The notes: generated by a model not told the origin, from the sequence alone. A stretch of DNA of 64,000 nt from Candidatus Micrarchaeia archaeon (GCA_049964795.1 JBMFWY010000002.1:1-64000); one strand, 5' to 3'; shown: positions 38,461-50,517, counted from the first letter of the stretch. Translations and numbers: made by a program.

Positions 38461-38820
38461 TCATCTCTCGACCTTGTGTTTTATTAGTGCATATCCTGCT
38501 ATTGCGAAGAACATTGCAAACGCTATCAGTCCTAAAAGGGCCATTCCCGCAGCAAAACTTTCCGAATAAATGTATGAGGAAAGCAAAAGCACCAGTACTG
38601 CCACGATTTCGAAGGGCAGGAAAAGCATTATGAAAGGAAAATATTCGTTGTCAACGGTCAAGCTTTTTCCTATTGTTTCCTCGCCGCTTTCGTACGGTGC
38701 GTTTTTTACTTCGTTTGACTTGTAATCTTTTCGCAAAAGCCTCGAAGCGAGCAAAAACAGGGCCGGTATTGCTAGCGAAAACAAGGCAAAGAACAGCAAA
38801 TAAATATAGTTATAGTACAT
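38461..38820 (-). CDS. nuoA: NADH-quinone oxidoreductase subunit A
   Basis: Three TM helices, PYESGE, FLPFEI. Confidence 0.88.
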   Translation of the reverse strand: MYYNYIYLLFFALFSLAIPALFLLASRLLRKDYKSNEVKNAPYESGEETIGKSLTVDNEYFPFIMLFLPFEIVAVLVLLLSSYIYSESFAAGMALLGLIAFAMFFAIAGYALIKHKVER

Positions 38821-38916
38821 GCTTGCGCCTTTTATTACCGCTATTACTTATGCAAGCTTATTTTTATTATTATTGCATCAGAATGTTACTCTGCAAGTAC
38901 TCGCCAGCAAAGTGTT

Positions 38917-39720
38917 ATGATGGGGCTGCCTCTTATTGCATATTCAATTCAGGATCCTACTTCGGTAATCATAGCCCGCAGGCTCTTCGAAATCTTGAGC
39001 TTTGAAGAAACCTCCATCGAGAACGGCATGCGCCGCTTCAATTCTAGCTATGCCAATGCGATAGAGCTTAACATACCTAACATAAGCGCCGAATTTTTGG
39101 ACAGCGTAGGAGCAAAATACATAGTTTTTCTAAGCCGACACTCGAGCGCCAAGGGCATTCCTTCTTTCACAACCCACGCAGAAGGCAATTGGTCTACTAC
39201 TTCGGATTTGGGCGGCAAGCCCCACATGCTTAGCGTCGCTTCTCCAGAAAGCATGCTGGCACTTCTGAAAGGATTGGAAATGCACAATACTTACAAAATA
39301 GAAGTCACTTATGAAGCCACACATCACGGACCATTGCTTTCTACCCCCTCCATGTTTGTAGAAATAGGTGGAAGCGAAGAAACGCTTGCCGAAGAGAGGT
39401 TTGCAAGTGTCGTCGCAGAAAGCGTCGCTGATTTGCTCGCGGAAAAACCGAGCCAAGAATACAGCAAGGTGGTTCTTGGGATAGGCTCTAACCACTATCC
39501 AAGGAAATTCAGCAGCCTTGCGCTGGAGAAAGGCTATGCATTTTCGCATATAATGCCACGCTACTATACTTCCGAAGTGAAGATGCTAGGGCAAGCGGTC
39601 TCGCGAAGCACGATAGAACCTGAAGCCGCAGTTATAGAATGGAAAAGTATAAATAGTGTGGAAAGGAACATGATACTTAAAGAGCTCGAGAACCTCGGTA
39701 TTGATTATGAAGCCGTATAA
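38917..39720 (+). CDS. dtdA: D-aminoacyl-tRNA deacylase (archaeal DTD2 type)
   Basis: FLSRHSS, TTHAEGN, EATHHGP, FVEIG, GSNHY. Confidence 0.92.
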   Translation: MMGLPLIAYSIQDPTSVIIARRLFEILSFEETSIENGMRRFNSSYANAIELNIPNISAEFLDSVGAKYIVFLSRHSSAKGIPSFTTHAEGNWSTTSDLGGKPHMLSVASPESMLALLKGLEMHNTYKIEVTYEATHHGPLLSTPSMFVEIGGSEETLAEERFASVVAESVADLLAEKPSQEYSKVVLGIGSNHYPRKFSSLALEKGYAFSHIMPRYYTSEVKMLGQAVSRSTIEPEAAVIEWKSINSVERNMILKELENLGIDYEAV

Positions 39721-41713
39721 GCATGCAAGCATCGCTGCTTTATTGCTACTGTTCGTTTTTCTGCCCAGTTTATCCTTCTCTCAATACTGGTTTCAAAGCG
39801 GTGTTCGAGGCTCCAATGGTGCAGGATTCAACAACGGCGCAAGTGCAACGATACAGACTGTATACCAAAACGTGAGCGGAGGTTCATTTGGTTTTTGGGT
39901 AGGAGAAGATCTCTCAAACGGCGCTTTCGTGCAAATAGGCTATGAAATATCTAACGTAAGCGGCGATTTTCCCAAGGAGTGTTCTCCATCCGGTTGTAGC
40001 AATTATACTTATGTAGAGGCAGGAGTGCCAACATGGTTTTGGGAATATTTTCCCAGTGGGTATTCAGGCAGCAGTTTTTATGGTGGAATAGGCGGTAATG
40101 CTTCCGCAGGTCTTAACGGCACCTTCAACAACTACTCTTTCAGTTCCAGCGGCAACACCTGGAATTTCTATTTCAATGGCAATTTTGTTGGCAGCGCAGA
40201 TCTTGGTACGAGCAGCTCTGGTCCTAATCCTCCTACTGCATTTGCTGAATATGCTGATGCTGAGTCAAACAACCAGTATATGTATCCAGTCCTATTTAAG
40301 AATATGGCTTTCTTGCAGAATGGTGTTTTTAAGCTAGTGCCAAAAGGCTACTCTTATGTAGGATATGGCAAAGGGAGTGATACCGTACTCCCAAATCTCT
40401 ACGGAGTTAAAGAAATAGGCAGCTATTCTGATTATTTCCAAGTAGGCTCTGGACTGCCCATACCTCAGAATTATACAATGTTATGGTCTATAGGCTACTT
40501 TCTAACTATAAAATCGCAATATGCTAACATTTCAAGCAAAGCCAATTATCTTGCCTACTCTTCTGCAAACATAAGCGCGCCATCAATAGTTTATCTTTCA
40601 AATAACAAGCGCGAAATATTTGCGGGGTGGAAAGGTGATGGCACAGGATCCTATACCGGCCATAGCGCAAATGCTACTGTACAAATGGACTCAAACATAA
40701 CAGAGACCGCAACATGGCAAACGCAATATTATGTTAACGTCACCTCCGAATATGGGCAGATAAACGGCAGCGGCTGGTATGCTTCCGGTTCAGAAGCTAC
40801 TCTTTCAGTGCCTCGCACCATAATCGCCACCGGTAGCGGAAGCAGAGAGTACTTCAAAGGGTGGAGCAACGGCGAAAGTTCAAGCAGTATATCGTTTGTA
40901 GTTTCTGGACCTATGAACTTATCCGCAGAATGGGTTCAGCAGTACCTAGTAAATGCATCCTCTCCATATGGCAAAGTGTTGGGCACTGGCTGGTATAATG
41001 CAAATTCCACTGCCAACATACAAGTCAGCGAAACAAATATATCTACAGGCGCAGGCTCAAGAATATCTTTTGAAGAATGGTCAAATGGCAATACTAGCTC
41101 TTCCATCCATTTGAAGGTAGTATCTCCTGAATCCCTATCTGCAATATTCGTGCCTCAATATTATGTTATCTTGCATGCCGAAAATGCATATGGAGATCCA
41201 ATAAATCCTGATTACTTAAACATAGGGGGCAGAAACGTGACAAATGCGACGTATCTCGATGCAAATACTACCTATTCTATAAGCTACGCTTTTTACAAAG
41301 GGGTGCCCATTCAAAGCAATTACCGGTTTTCAGTGCCTTCTCCAGAATCTATATCCTTCAAGCTGCCTATATATAACGTAGTATTTCACTCTGCTAGCAT
41401 ATTCGGTACTCCTATAAATGCAAGTGTGATAGTAAAGTTCAAGAACGGAACATCATCAACTTTTTATCTGGGTAGCAACGGCACCAAAGTATTGTATAAC
41501 GTGCCATACGGCTATGCAGACGCTTACTTTACCTATTTTGGCATTACCCAGTCGGCGCTTACACAATACGGTTCCCCAATTTCCATAATAATGTTTACAC
41601 CTTCGCTCATTTATGCTATAATAGCAGGTATTGCTATAATATTGGCAGTTGCAAAGATCTCATCAGCAATGTCAAAGAAACACGCTGCAAAACAGAGGGG
41701 AGCCAGGGGGTAA
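39701..41713 (+). CDS. secreted, membrane-anchored surface protein with a glutamic-peptidase-like N-terminal domain and beta repeats
   Basis: Signal peptide; FWVG..VQIG..WEYFP..AFAE; repeated QYxVN...GWY...FxGWS units; C-terminal TM plus basic tail; many NxS/T sequons. Confidence 0.65.
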   Translation: MIMKPYKHASIAALLLLFVFLPSLSFSQYWFQSGVRGSNGAGFNNGASATIQTVYQNVSGGSFGFWVGEDLSNGAFVQIGYEISNVSGDFPKECSPSGCSNYTYVEAGVPTWFWEYFPSGYSGSSFYGGIGGNASAGLNGTFNNYSFSSSGNTWNFYFNGNFVGSADLGTSSSGPNPPTAFAEYADAESNNQYMYPVLFKNMAFLQNGVFKLVPKGYSYVGYGKGSDTVLPNLYGVKEIGSYSDYFQVGSGLPIPQNYTMLWSIGYFLTIKSQYANISSKANYLAYSSANISAPSIVYLSNNKREIFAGWKGDGTGSYTGHSANATVQMDSNITETATWQTQYYVNVTSEYGQINGSGWYASGSEATLSVPRTIIATGSGSREYFKGWSNGESSSSISFVVSGPMNLSAEWVQQYLVNASSPYGKVLGTGWYNANSTANIQVSETNISTGAGSRISFEEWSNGNTSSSIHLKVVSPESLSAIFVPQYYVILHAENAYGDPINPDYLNIGGRNVTNATYLDANTTYSISYAFYKGVPIQSNYRFSVPSPESISFKLPIYNVVFHSASIFGTPINASVIVKFKNGTSSTFYLGSNGTKVLYNVPYGYADAYFTYFGITQSALTQYGSPISIIMFTPSLIYAIIAGIAIILAVAKISSAMSKKHAAKQRGARG

Positions 41714-41767
41714 AATAGATTTCTGTGCAGCAGTTTCAAAAATATTAAAGCTGAATATGTTCTCTCG

Positions 41768-44533
41768 GTGTTAAAAATAGCAGACATATATTCATTTTTC
41801 CTGAACAAGTTTGGCAATCTGTACGAAATGCAGAAAGAGGCAGCAAAAGCAATATCTCAAAAATTGAATTGCCTTATACTTGCACCTACCGGCAGTGGCA
41901 AGACCGAAGCAGCAATGCTACCAATACTCGACGCTTTGTCTCGCGGAAACAACGAAGGGATAAGCGCAATTTACATAACTCCTCTGCGTGCGTTGAACCG
42001 GGATCTAATAAAGCGCCTAAAGGAAATGTCTGATTATGTGGGAGTTAGTATAGCAGTGAGGCATGGGGATACAACGCAGAGCGAAAGAAGCAGGCAGAGC
42101 AGGAAAGCCCCCCAGATACTTATAACTACTCCAGAAACGCTGCAGAGCATACTGCCAACAAAGTACCTCGGCACAAGCCTACAAAATGTAAAGTATGTTA
42201 TAGTAGACGAGATTCACGAGCTGTATTACAGCAAGAGGGGCACCCAACTTTCTCTGGCACTCGAAAGGCTTGAAGAAAAGGCACCAGGTTTCCAGCGCAT
42301 AGGCCTTAGCGCAACGATAGGCAATCCAAGCGACGCCATCCATTTTCTGTGCGGGTCAAGAGATTGCAAAATTGTTTCAGGAGAGCCTAGGAAAAATATG
42401 GCACTCTCGGTAGAGCTCCCAGCGAAGGCTCATTCTTACGAGGAATTTAAGGAGCATTTTGGACTTGATGAATCTTCAGCCGCAAGACTATTTGCAGTTG
42501 CAAAGCATATACGTGAATCAGATACTGCTTTAATCTTTGCAAATACGCGCCAAGTTGTAGAAGCAGTAGGCAGTAGGCTTCTTTACCTTAACAAGCTGGA
42601 GCCTTTTGGGGGAATCGGGGTCCATCACAGCTCGCTTGACAAAAAGGAAAGGATAGAGATAGAGGATCTATTCAAGAACCACCTGCTCAAGGCAATAATT
42701 GCTACAAGCTCCCTTGAACTTGGGATAGATATAGGATATATCGATGAAGTGGTGCAATACGGATCCCCTCGCCAGGCAATAAGGCTCGTGCAGCGCATAG
42801 GGCGTTCAGGCCACTCCAAAGGGCACACTCCGAAAGGTGTAATTATTGCAATGAATCCCGTAGATGCCATAGAATCAATAGCAATATGCAGGCTTGCAAG
42901 CGAAGGCAAGCTCGAATCCTTTAAAATGAACGAGCTTGCGCTAGATGTGCTTTCAAACCAGATCTCCGGCATTGTGCTTGACAAGGGTGTATGCAGCATC
43001 GAAGAAATATGGAAAGTTGCACGCAGATCATGGCTGTACCGCAATCTGACAATTGAGGATTTGAAAAATGTCCTTGATTTTATGCAAAAGCAGAGAATCC
43101 TGGGCTTTGACGGAAAAATAGCTAGCGCGGGAAACAGGACAAGGATGTTCTATTACGATCATCTTAGCGTAATACCCGACGTGAAAAGGTTCTTGGTAAA
43201 AAACACTATCGACAATAGGATTATCTCTACTTTGGACGAGGAATTCGTAGTTAACAACATCGACGAAGAAAGTTCTTTCATAACTAAAGGCTTGCCTTGG
43301 AAGGTAGTGAGCATAGAAAACGACATAATCTTTGTGGAGCCATCGAGCGAACTGGAGTCGGCAGTGCCTGATTGGAGTGGCGAGGACATACCTGTAAGCA
43401 GGGAAGTATCAGAAGAGGTATCCTCAATGCTGCAAAACAGCGAGAGAGCCTTCGATCTGAAGTTCGTAAAAGATGACGAGACCAGAGGAGAGCTGAAAAG
43501 GTTTTTTGAAAAGCAGCAGGAAAAAATATTCAAGCAAGGCAAGATTATAATAGAGCAAACTGAGGAGAACAGCGTAGTCTACTTGCCATTAGGCACCATG
43601 GCTAATGAGGCCATGGGAAGAATGCTGGCTCATTTTGCAGCAGCTAGACTAGGCTACAGCGTCTACATGAAAGCCTCGCCCTATTTCATATATCTTGATG
43701 CTTCTTCCGGGCTTGATCTTGAAAAATATCTATTTTCAATTAAGGCACAGAATGTTGAAAGCATGCTTTTCAACACAATACTAGACACCGAGCTTTTCCG
43801 ATATAAGTTTATTCAGGTCGCAAAGATGTTCGGCATCATTGACAGAGAAGCCGTGGTTTCAAAGTCTCTAGCCCGCAAGCTTATCAACATTTACAGGGAC
43901 TCTCCAGTTTACAAGGAGACGCTTCGTGAGCTTATGACAAACTATTTTGACGTAGACACGATAAAAGAACTTGTGGAAATGATAGACTCAAAGAAAATTT
44001 CAATACACCTGCGCAAGGCAAGTTCATTGTCGCATTTCGCGCTCACAGTGCTTAACTCGTTCTATTATACCAAGGAGCTGATAATGCCTTCAACCCCAAG
44101 CAGCGAAATACTCGAGTCATTCGAAAAGTTCATGCTCGACAAGGAAGTAAAACTTCTTTGCATGTATTGTGGGTTCAGGTTCACTCGTAGCCTTTCGGAG
44201 CTCAAGGATCAGGAAAGGATAAAATGCCCGAGCTGTGGAGGCAGCATAATAACGATTTACAGCGAGGAGAGAGACAAAACAGTAAGGAAGAAAGTCGAAA
44301 GCAAGCCATTGAGTCAGAAGGATCGCGCGGTATTCTCAGACGCACTTAAGATTGCGGGCTTGCTAGAAGCATATGGCGGGCGCGGAGCGATCGCTCTTTC
44401 GACTTACGGTGTAGGAGCACGGACAGCCTCAAGAATACTGCGCATGCTTAGGCATGAGGACAAGCTGTTTTACATAGACTTGATAAATGCGCAGAAGAAC
44501 TTCATAAAAAACAGGAAGTATTGGTCTATTTGA
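41768..44533 (+). CDS. lhr: Lhr-like SF2 DEAH helicase
   Basis: APTGSGKT, DEIH, SAT, HHSSL, QRIGRSGH, C-terminal CxxC..CxxC. Confidence 0.93.
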   Translation: MLKIADIYSFFLNKFGNLYEMQKEAAKAISQKLNCLILAPTGSGKTEAAMLPILDALSRGNNEGISAIYITPLRALNRDLIKRLKEMSDYVGVSIAVRHGDTTQSERSRQSRKAPQILITTPETLQSILPTKYLGTSLQNVKYVIVDEIHELYYSKRGTQLSLALERLEEKAPGFQRIGLSATIGNPSDAIHFLCGSRDCKIVSGEPRKNMALSVELPAKAHSYEEFKEHFGLDESSAARLFAVAKHIRESDTALIFANTRQVVEAVGSRLLYLNKLEPFGGIGVHHSSLDKKERIEIEDLFKNHLLKAIIATSSLELGIDIGYIDEVVQYGSPRQAIRLVQRIGRSGHSKGHTPKGVIIAMNPVDAIESIAICRLASEGKLESFKMNELALDVLSNQISGIVLDKGVCSIEEIWKVARRSWLYRNLTIEDLKNVLDFMQKQRILGFDGKIASAGNRTRMFYYDHLSVIPDVKRFLVKNTIDNRIISTLDEEFVVNNIDEESSFITKGLPWKVVSIENDIIFVEPSSELESAVPDWSGEDIPVSREVSEEVSSMLQNSERAFDLKFVKDDETRGELKRFFEKQQEKIFKQGKIIIEQTEENSVVYLPLGTMANEAMGRMLAHFAAARLGYSVYMKASPYFIYLDASSGLDLEKYLFSIKAQNVESMLFNTILDTELFRYKFIQVAKMFGIIDREAVVSKSLARKLINIYRDSPVYKETLRELMTNYFDVDTIKELVEMIDSKKISIHLRKASSLSHFALTVLNSFYYTKELIMPSTPSSEILESFEKFMLDKEVKLLCMYCGFRFTRSLSELKDQERIKCPSCGGSIITIYSEERDKTVRKKVESKPLSQKDRAVFSDALKIAGLLEAYGGRGAIALSTYGVGARTASRILRMLRHEDKLFYIDLINAQKNFIKNRKYWSI

Positions 44534-44534
44534 T

Positions 44535-45524
44535 TCACGGAGGAGTGTAGCCAGAATACCAGTTTGAAATATAGGTTACTCCCGTTGCTTGGCCATTGTT
44601 TCCATTGCCTGAGTAATCGTCGGCATTGCCGTTGAGAGGATACCATGCAACGAGGTTCTGCAAATCAACAGGCGCGCCGCCTATGCCTTCTTGGTAGAGG
44701 GCTTGAATTTCGTTTGCTGAGAGCGAGGTGTTATAAAGCTGAACATTTGCTATAGAGCCATTATAGTAACCAGGTGGATCATAACCGTACCCTATATAAA
44801 AAGGAGTACTAGCGGTATTTGCTGTAAAGAACTCCTCTAATGGGCTAGATAAGGTACCATAAGCACCTAAATATCCGATTTGTGCGATGCCGTTATATTC
44901 AAATGCTATAAAGTACCACGTATCCTTATTTATAGGAGTTGAGAATGCCTGGTTTGAGTTACAAGTATTTATTTCAGCTTCGCCAGGATACTGTCCTACA
45001 TCTGTAGAAAACCAGTAATAAGGGCAAGCTTGTGTGCCATACATAAACATGTTGCCTCCCTGTAATTGGTTATAATCTTCAAACCAAGCCGTAACTGTTC
45101 TGGATGCGGCACCAATTGGTAGTCCTTGAACAGTTGCAGATATCTTTGCATAGAGAGAAGGGTTAAATGATGCCACATACTCTGGCAGCTCGCCATTGCA
45201 TACTCCTTCAAGGTTTATGAAAGAAGTTGTATCTGGACCGTTCGGCCTGAAAACCTGGCACGCGCCTGGCGGCGCCTTGGGCGCGAAGTTGTTGCCGTTG
45301 AAAACGCCAAGCTGGAAAAGCGCGCCCAATACAACTGCAATGATGAGTATTGCCCAGCCATATGTCATTAAGTATTCCATTGCGCTTTGGGCTTTTGCTC
45401 TAGCTTTTAACAAAGGCCTTGCCCTGAATATGGCTTTATGATTGCCGTTCCTTTTCCAAACTTGCATGTATGAAGCCTTGCCCGTTTTCTCCATGCCCTC
45501 GCTGATACTATTTAAAAAAAACAA
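44535..45524 (-). CDS. class III signal peptide (pilin-like) protein with a LamG/concanavalin-like domain
   Basis: KAQ/SAMEYLMTYGWAILII prepilin motif; TVTAWF, WYFIA, NGSIANVQLYNTSLS, DYSGNGNNG; true start probably a downstream ATG. Confidence 0.85.
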   Translation of the reverse strand: MFFLNSISEGMEKTGKASYMQVWKRNGNHKAIFRARPLLKARAKAQSAMEYLMTYGWAILIIAVVLGALFQLGVFNGNNFAPKAPPGACQVFRPNGPDTTSFINLEGVCNGELPEYVASFNPSLYAKISATVQGLPIGAASRTVTAWFEDYNQLQGGNMFMYGTQACPYYWFSTDVGQYPGEAEINTCNSNQAFSTPINKDTWYFIAFEYNGIAQIGYLGAYGTLSSPLEEFFTANTASTPFYIGYGYDPPGYYNGSIANVQLYNTSLSANEIQALYQEGIGGAPVDLQNLVAWYPLNGNADDYSGNGNNGQATGVTYISNWYSGYTPP

Positions 45525-45587
45525 TAAATACTTTTCTTAAATGCTTCTTTTGGTACTTTTCTAGAAAGAGGTCACTAGATAAATATC

Positions 45588-46076
45588 TCATGTCATTTTT
45601 GCCTGCTTGATCTTGTATTTTGCGTTGTTGAACCTTATTGCTAGCTCCCTGCCGCTGTAAAACATGTGCAGAAACACGGCAACAGAAGAAATAGTCGAGT
45701 GCGGTTGGTTTGTTATGCTTACGTTGAAATCTGCAAACTGCCCAAAGTCTCGCTCTCTTCCTTGCAAAGTTACTATTAGCATAATATTCTTGTATGTGCG
45801 AATTCTGTAAATCATTTTGTTTATTGGTACTCCTCCTAGAGTAAGATAAACCTTCTCATAATTCTTACTTCTTTCTATTACTTCATTCCAATTCTTTTCA
45901 AAATACACGTCGAACTTGCCGCCCCATCTGCTGTTGGTTCTTTTGATGTAGTTTGCCAGTTTCCTGTTTGCTCTCATAGTAAAAGTTACACTCTGTGCTC
46001 CAAAAGCCCTTGCTGTTAGCGCAAGGTCTTTGCAGTTCTCATAGCTCCCCTTTCCTATAACAAGCACAGAAATCAT
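45588..46076 (-). CDS. trm56: tRNA (cytidine56-2'-O)-methyltransferase homologue, degenerate
   Basis: LALTARAFGA, RWGG, ADFNVSITNQPHS retained; N-terminal Arg-rich motif and GAEKVP missing. Confidence 0.8.
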   Translation of the reverse strand: MISVLVIGKGSYENCKDLALTARAFGAQSVTFTMRANRKLANYIKRTNSRWGGKFDVYFEKNWNEVIERSKNYEKVYLTLGGVPINKMIYRIRTYKNIMLIVTLQGRERDFGQFADFNVSITNQPHSTISSVAVFLHMFYSGRELAIRFNNAKYKIKQAKMT

Positions 46077-48514
46077 TTTTCACCGCCTTCTGTTTCTACT
46101 TGTGCTGCTGAAGTTACTTGCACATCAATTAGTTTTGTTCCTGGCTCAAGCTTCATAAGTCTTACACCAGACGCATTTCTCCCTGTTACCCTCACGCTTG
46201 CCACATCTATCTCTATTGAAATTCCCTTTGAGTTTATCAGTATCGCCCTGCCTATGCCTGTAATATTTACTGATTTTACTACATCTCCTGTTTTTTCAAC
46301 AACCCGTAAGTTAAGAACACCTTTGCCCCCTCTCCTCTGAAGCCTGTACTTTTCAATAGGTGTTATCTTGCCATATCCTTTTTCTGTAACTGTCAGTACG
46401 CTATCTCCTGGCTTTGTGGCAAGTATACTTTTTACTTCGTCATTTTCAGAAAGCTTTATCCCTCTTACTCCTCTTGCTATCCTGCCCATTTCCCTTACAT
46501 CTGTTTCCTTAAATCTCGTTGCCTTACCCTTCTTGGTAGATATAAGCAGTTCGTTTCTTCCATTAGATATTATCGCGTTTGCAAGCTCGTCCCCTTTTTC
46601 AAGAGGTATAGCTTTTATTCCGTTAGCTCTCGGCCTGGAAAACTTTTCTGCAGAAGTCCTTTTCACTCTACCTTTCCTCGTTGCAAAGACAATGTACTTG
46701 CCAGAGAACTCCCTTGTATTAACTATTTCCTCTATCTTTTCTCCCTCCTGCAATTTTACTAGGTTTACAGAAGCCTTGCCGCTTGCATATCTAGTGCCTT
46801 CTGGTACTTGGTAAGCTTTTAGCCAGTAGGCTCTTCCTGCATTTGAAAGCAACAGGAGGTAATCCTTTGCCTTGCAGGATATTATCTTCTTTACGAAATC
46901 CTCTTCCTTAAGGTTTATTGTTATTATTCCTCTGCCTCCACGCGCTTGCAGCTTGTATGCTGCAGCAGGCATGCGCTTCATGTAGCCGTCATTAGTAAGT
47001 ATTATTACCGAATCCACATCTTCTATTATATCCTCGTTAGTTATCTCTTCAAAATTGCCTCCTTCTTCTATTGCAGTTTTTCTAGGCACACCATACTGCT
47101 CTTTTATTGCAAGGGTTTCTTCCTTTATTATCTTCAATACATTTATGTCATCTGAAAGTATACTCTTAAAGCGCTCTATGCTTTTTTCCAAATCCTTGCC
47201 TTCTTCCTGAAGCGTAGAGCTTTCCAAGCCTGTAAGTCTGCTAAGCTTCATGTCAAGAATTGCCGCCGCCTGTTTCTCTGATATATCAAGCGCCTGCATA
47301 AGCGCCTCCCTGGCTTCCTTGATCTCCTTTTTGCTTTTTATAAGTGCTGTAACCTCTTCTATCCTGCCAATTGCCTTAAGCAAACCCTGTACTATATGTA
47401 GTCTGTCCGATGCGACTTGAAGATCATGCTTTGTCCTATTCTTTATTACCTCAAGCCTGTGTTCTACGAAAACTTTTATGAAGTCTTTCACGTTCAGCGT
47501 AAGAAGCCTATTTCCAATTACTGCCACGTTCATTACCGGCATAGTAAGCTGCAGTTGTGTGTGTGCATACAAGCCATTAAGCACCAATTCAGGGCTTGCA
47601 TCCTGTTTTAATCCTATAACTACCCTTATGCCCCTCTTGTCGCTTTCGTCCCTAAGGCTTGATATCCCATTTATAACCTTGTCCTTAGCGAGGCTTGCTA
47701 TCTTTGCTACAAGCGAAGCCTTGTTTACTGTATACGGTATTTCCTCTATTATAATCTGTTTCCTATCGCTGCCTTCTATGGTTGCCTTGCCCCTTATGGT
47801 TACCGACCCTCTACCTGTAAGGTAAGACTGGAGCAGCTCGTTGTTCATGAAAACTATTCCGTTAGTCGGAAAGTCAGGCCCTCTTATATAGTTTAGCAGT
47901 TCGTTTGCAGTAATATCCTTGTTATCAACATATGCAACTATCGCATTGCAAACTTCTGCAAGATTGTGCGGAAGTATGTTTGTCGCCATGCCGACTGCGA
48001 TGCCAGAAGAACCATTAACCAAAAGATTTGGGAACTTTGCGGGCAGCACAACAGGTTCCATTTCCGTATTGTCGAAATTCGGAATCATTTGAACTGCTTC
48101 CTTGTCTATATCCTCAAGCATCTCTTCAGCTATCTTTGTAAGCTTTACTTCAGTGTATCGTTGAGCAGCCGGAGGGTCACCATCTATGGATCCCATGTTT
48201 CCCTGCCCTTCAACAAGCGGATGGTTCATAGAGAAATACTGTGCCATTCTAACTAGCGTGTCATATGCAGCTATATCGCCATGTGGATGGAATTTACCTA
48301 TAACTTCTCCTACAATTCTTGCGCTCTTTTTTGTGGGCTTGTCATGGGTATTGCCCAACATGTACATTGCATAAAGTATCCTCCTGTGTGCAGGCTTGAG
48401 GCCATCCCTTGCATCAGGCAGCGCCCTACCAACTATAACGCTCATGGCGTAGTCTATATAGCTCGACTGCATCTCCCTCTCTATCGCAGTTTCTTCTATC
48501 CTTTTTTCATCCAT
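46073..48514 (-). CDS. gyrA: DNA gyrase subunit A
   Basis: HPHGD, AAQRYTE catalytic Tyr, GyrA-box QARGGRG, beta-pinwheel repeats. Confidence 0.96.
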   Translation of the reverse strand: MDEKRIEETAIEREMQSSYIDYAMSVIVGRALPDARDGLKPAHRRILYAMYMLGNTHDKPTKKSARIVGEVIGKFHPHGDIAAYDTLVRMAQYFSMNHPLVEGQGNMGSIDGDPPAAQRYTEVKLTKIAEEMLEDIDKEAVQMIPNFDNTEMEPVVLPAKFPNLLVNGSSGIAVGMATNILPHNLAEVCNAIVAYVDNKDITANELLNYIRGPDFPTNGIVFMNNELLQSYLTGRGSVTIRGKATIEGSDRKQIIIEEIPYTVNKASLVAKIASLAKDKVINGISSLRDESDKRGIRVVIGLKQDASPELVLNGLYAHTQLQLTMPVMNVAVIGNRLLTLNVKDFIKVFVEHRLEVIKNRTKHDLQVASDRLHIVQGLLKAIGRIEEVTALIKSKKEIKEAREALMQALDISEKQAAAILDMKLSRLTGLESSTLQEEGKDLEKSIERFKSILSDDINVLKIIKEETLAIKEQYGVPRKTAIEEGGNFEEITNEDIIEDVDSVIILTNDGYMKRMPAAAYKLQARGGRGIITINLKEEDFVKKIISCKAKDYLLLLSNAGRAYWLKAYQVPEGTRYASGKASVNLVKLQEGEKIEEIVNTREFSGKYIVFATRKGRVKRTSAEKFSRPRANGIKAIPLEKGDELANAIISNGRNELLISTKKGKATRFKETDVREMGRIARGVRGIKLSENDEVKSILATKPGDSVLTVTEKGYGKITPIEKYRLQRRGGKGVLNLRVVEKTGDVVKSVNITGIGRAILINSKGISIEIDVASVRVTGRNASGVRLMKLEPGTKLIDVQVTSAAQVETEGGEK

Positions 48515-48528
48515 ACTAACGCCTCACA

Positions 48529-50517
<1,989 letters not shown>

